Made by a program: the position numbers and the translations under genes. 64,000 nucleotides of DNA from Gordius albopunctatus (Eukaryota), in NCBI GenBank assembly GCA_964276515.1, contig OZ193910.1, positions 744,001 through 808,000 of the forward strand, read 5' to 3'. The notes under the pieces are model-generated. The model was not told the DNA's origin. It ran no database searches and worked only from the letters and a program-made list of their open reading frames with translations. Of this stretch, positions 60,701-64,000 are shown piece after piece. How positions within the stretch are numbered: position 1 is the stretch's first letter; the number at the start of each line of letters is the position of its first letter.

Positions 60701-63700
60701 ACCTGAGATACGTATGGGTGTTCCAGCGATTTACAAGCTTTCACGTTGGTTTTCAGTATGTTTCCCAACTGTTTAATCGTGTCGGGATCCTTCAAAATCT
60801 CCACGTTCTATAGACGGGCGTTATAGCGAAACGAATCAAGTTAATAGGTTAGCGTAGTGCTGTAAAAATGGACTGGGGGTTTTGGTCTGTTTATGTTTAA
60901 TCGACCTCTAGGGGCTTAGTGGAAATTTAAAAAATAGACCAGAGTGGAGCGTAGAAGGTCTTAGTGAAACCACCAAAATTTTACCTTGGAGGCTTCTTCC
61001 ACAATCCCCTCCCAAGCGAGATTAGGGAGCAGCATGTACTTCTGGATGAGACTCTCCTGCATTTGTGGGTTGGTTTGGCTGGCTATCATCATGCCCACAG
61101 CCTCGTAAAATGTGTGCACTTGGAGGGGTTGCAGGTCGCATATGATGCTACTGATGTTGATCAATATCTCCTCCACGAAAGTCTGCACCTCCCCTGGCTG
61201 TATCTGCAATAATGATGATGGCAATAAGCATTCAGACAATTCGGTACAAACACTCTCAACACTTCTGTTGTTGTTGTTGATGGGAATGGAAAGTGTTCGG
61301 GGCAGTGTCGAAACGGCTGGCTTTGTTTGGTCAACCCCTTTGGTTTTAGTCTACTAAGAGCCTCATCAAACCAAAGATGTTTTGGTATCAATTGACCATA
61401 AAACCTTTGGTCTATTTATGTTTAGTCGACTAAAACCAAAGGGGTCCACCAAACAAAACCCAGCCGTTTTACCCACACTACGACATCCCACTCGACATAA
61501 TAAATTCTCTAATTACGGTATCCTGAATAAAGTTGAAATTTTGGATTATCGGTAGATTTATTCGGACTTAAGAATGAAATTGTAATAGGCACTACATAAC
61601 GACAAACACAAAATATAATGTATACCAATATGAAATGACGTCTGCATTTGTGGGCGATCTTGATGAAAGTATCACAAGCCATATCCTGAACTCCTTCGTG
61701 AGTTTCTAAACGAGCGATAACATAAGGGTAAAAACATGGGTGTAGCCAAGGGGGGTGGGCAGGGAGGGGCGATTGCCCCCCCCCCAAATCCAAAAATTAG
61801 TTGAAATTTATTAAAATTATGGCTTCCCCAAATCATTATTGACCCCCTGCCCCTTCTAATTTCAATGCTGGCTACGCCCTTGGGTAAAAATGAGGCTAAA
61901 ATCAAGTTTAAAAGGGTTAGCTCTTTTACCGTGCATGAACTCAAACAGTTTGTTGACTACGGTCTTCAAAAATTTCCAGTGCGCCTTCAAGAAACGCGGA
62001 TACTGGCCCACCACGTACATGATGTTAGAGGCTATGATGGCCTTGTTGTCTTTGCCCCTCTTCTGTTCGCACAAGTAGAGGAGGTCTTTGATGACTGTAA
62101 CCAAAAATCTTTTTTCGTCTTCCTCGTGCATAGCCCCACTGATCGATCCGATGGCCCAGCACAGCTGTGTTCAATGAATAGAGATTTGTTTTAATTTCGC
62201 ACTGAAATTAAGGAGGCATAAAAAGTGTGCTACTACCGTATTCAAGTTTTTCCAAGACCATTCGCTCCTATTCACTTGCTTCTGCAATTTTTCCAACATG
62301 ATCCGCTCGGTATCCGCGTAATCCAAATGAGTCAAATACACTGAAAACGACAAATGATAATTGTATATCATGTGCACGCATGCATGCATTGGTGTTGTTA
62401 TAACGGTCGGCTTTTGTTTGGAGAACTATTGGTCTGCTTATCCTTAGTCAACTAAAACCCCCCAGCCCCGTTTACAGCACTGGTATAATACACCAACATA
62501 ATAAAGAGTAGATAAATGTATGCGCCTGAATGTTTGCAAAAGTGGCTGGGTTTCCCTTGGTCGACCCCTGTGGTTCAACTAAGGGCCAACTCTGCTCTCT
62601 TTTTCAAATGAATATTAGGAGCCCAAGACAGAAAAGCTTTTGATGTTTGGTCGATGATGCAAAATCAAAGCAAAACCCAGCTATTATGCGTTTGTGTACC
62701 CAATGTTTCCCTCATGTTTTTGTAGAGGTTTATGGCGTCCGTGTCTTTCATAAATTCCCGCACGACTTCCCCCTGATCATTCTCCACCACCAACACTTCT
62801 TCCGGTCTAGCCATTCTACTCACCATCGTAACTCTCAGCTGTAAATAAAAACAGAAATAGGTAGGAAGGAGGAGCATATTATTAAATTCATTCATTTCAA
62901 CGATTCTTACTTCACTAATAATTTCTTGGTACAATCTCCATCTAGGAGGCATATCAACCGTTCCAGCAAATATGTAAGTGGATATCGGTTTTTCCCTGTA
63001 AAGGCTAGATGCCAACACATTCCAATATTCCAGGCATATTTTGAATATCTCAATTTCCTCAACGTTCGATATGAGCAGTAGATAGATGTGGCCCTAAATA
63101 GAGATTATATTGAAAATTTGTAATTTTATTCCCAACACTCATGTAAATTACTGTTTTAGCGTTCAAGGACTTCACTTTTAAAACAAGTTTAATGTACCAT
63201 TTTTCAAACAGAAGCGGGGGATGATATATTTAGAAAAAAAGTAGAGACTTTGATTAATACAGCAATGGGTGCGCAGAAAAATATTGTTTAAAAATATGCC
63301 ATTAATTATGTAAAAAAGTGCAGATTGACTGACTTTAAACTTGATAAAAATTATAATTTTATCTGTTAATACAATTAAAGTTTTCCCCCCAAAATTAAGC
63401 ATGTAAATTTAAAATATTACTCTTTAAAATATGAAAGGGACACTTACTATTAGTAATTATAAATTAGTTTAATAAAGATTCAACAATATGTTTTTTTAAT
63501 CATTAATTTATATGTATTGCTACTAGCTAATCATAAATAAATATTTTTTAATCAATAGTTTTCTAGAAGAGCTAATAGAAAGAAACAAAAAAAATTGATA
63601 AAGTATTATGAATACACCCTTACTTCTAAGCATGATTTAAAATGAAATAAGACTTAATATTAAATTTGAGGATGATAAGATTATACTCTCGGCGCGCCAA

Positions 63701-64000
63701 ACGTTTCCCACCCACCTTTTAACACACTGGACAGTGAAAAGGAGGAGTAAAAAATAATAAAAACGGACTTCATAATTAGGTTTTACTTTTAAATAACAAA
63801 TTATTTATTATTATGAATTCAATATAATTATGTAAGCACCTGCTTTAAAATATCTCTCATTTCCTCATTTTTTTCAATCAGACTTCCATGCTCTTTTAAG
63901 TAAGTTGATAAAAACATACTTAAATTTTGAATAAAATTTTGTTCATCATCAGAACCTGAAGCATATGCATCTTTTATATTTGTAGCTATGGGTAGCATAG
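57795..64000 (-). CDS. XPO1: Exportin-1 (CRM1), 5'-truncated by the window edge; 14 exons visible
   Basis: Exons >64000-63840, 63093-62911, 62838-62700, 62340-62237, 62164-61930, 61705-61626, 61203-60985, 60807-60703, 60508-60323, 59782-59419, 58853-58716, 58540-58378, 58303-58207, 57941-57795. Motifs [96 protein letters not shown]. Confidence 0.97.
61735..61882. mobile_element. hAT-type MITE family A copy in an XPO1 intron
   Basis: TIRs CATGGGTGTAGCCA...TGGCTACGCCCTTG with perfect 8-bp TSD GGTAAAAA. Confidence 0.9.

Noticed and set aside
63624..63652. 29-nt XPO1 micro-exon (ag|TCTTATTT...TTAGAA|gtaag)
   Set aside because: Exon 63840 joins exon 63093 in phase 0 and is collinear with known XPO1; including this block would frameshift.

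Overview
AT-rich, intron-containing animal (invertebrate bilaterian-type) genomic DNA; I cannot assign the species. Seven protein-coding genes can be reconstructed with in-phase GT-AG junctions: (1) a single-pass LRR membrane protein; (2) a FoxG forkhead factor; (3) a divergent intronless LC8-type dynein light chain; (4) a ~914-aa protein combining a cyclic-nucleotide-binding domain with BTB-BACK and no Kelch repeats, whose stop codon lies 46 bp from that of the light chain; (5) a 13-exon SLC20/PiT phosphate transporter; (6) a class A GPCR with a ~450-aa third intracellular loop; (7) the 3' two-thirds of exportin-1 (XPO1/CRM1). Introns and intergenic DNA are dense with non-autonomous mobile DNA: several hAT MITE families with 8-bp target duplications, two internally deleted hAT elements, a decayed near-full-length RTE LINE, a ~900-bp CAC-ended foldback element, and Helentron/DINE-1-like elements whose internal repeats carry tRNA-minihelix-like cassettes. 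The best novelty candidates are the cNMP-BTB-BACK gene with its LC8-like neighbour, the minihelix-carrying Helentron-like repeats, the giant-loop GPCR, and a sharp GC3 step inside XPO1. All coordinates and counts were read by hand and no database searches were run.
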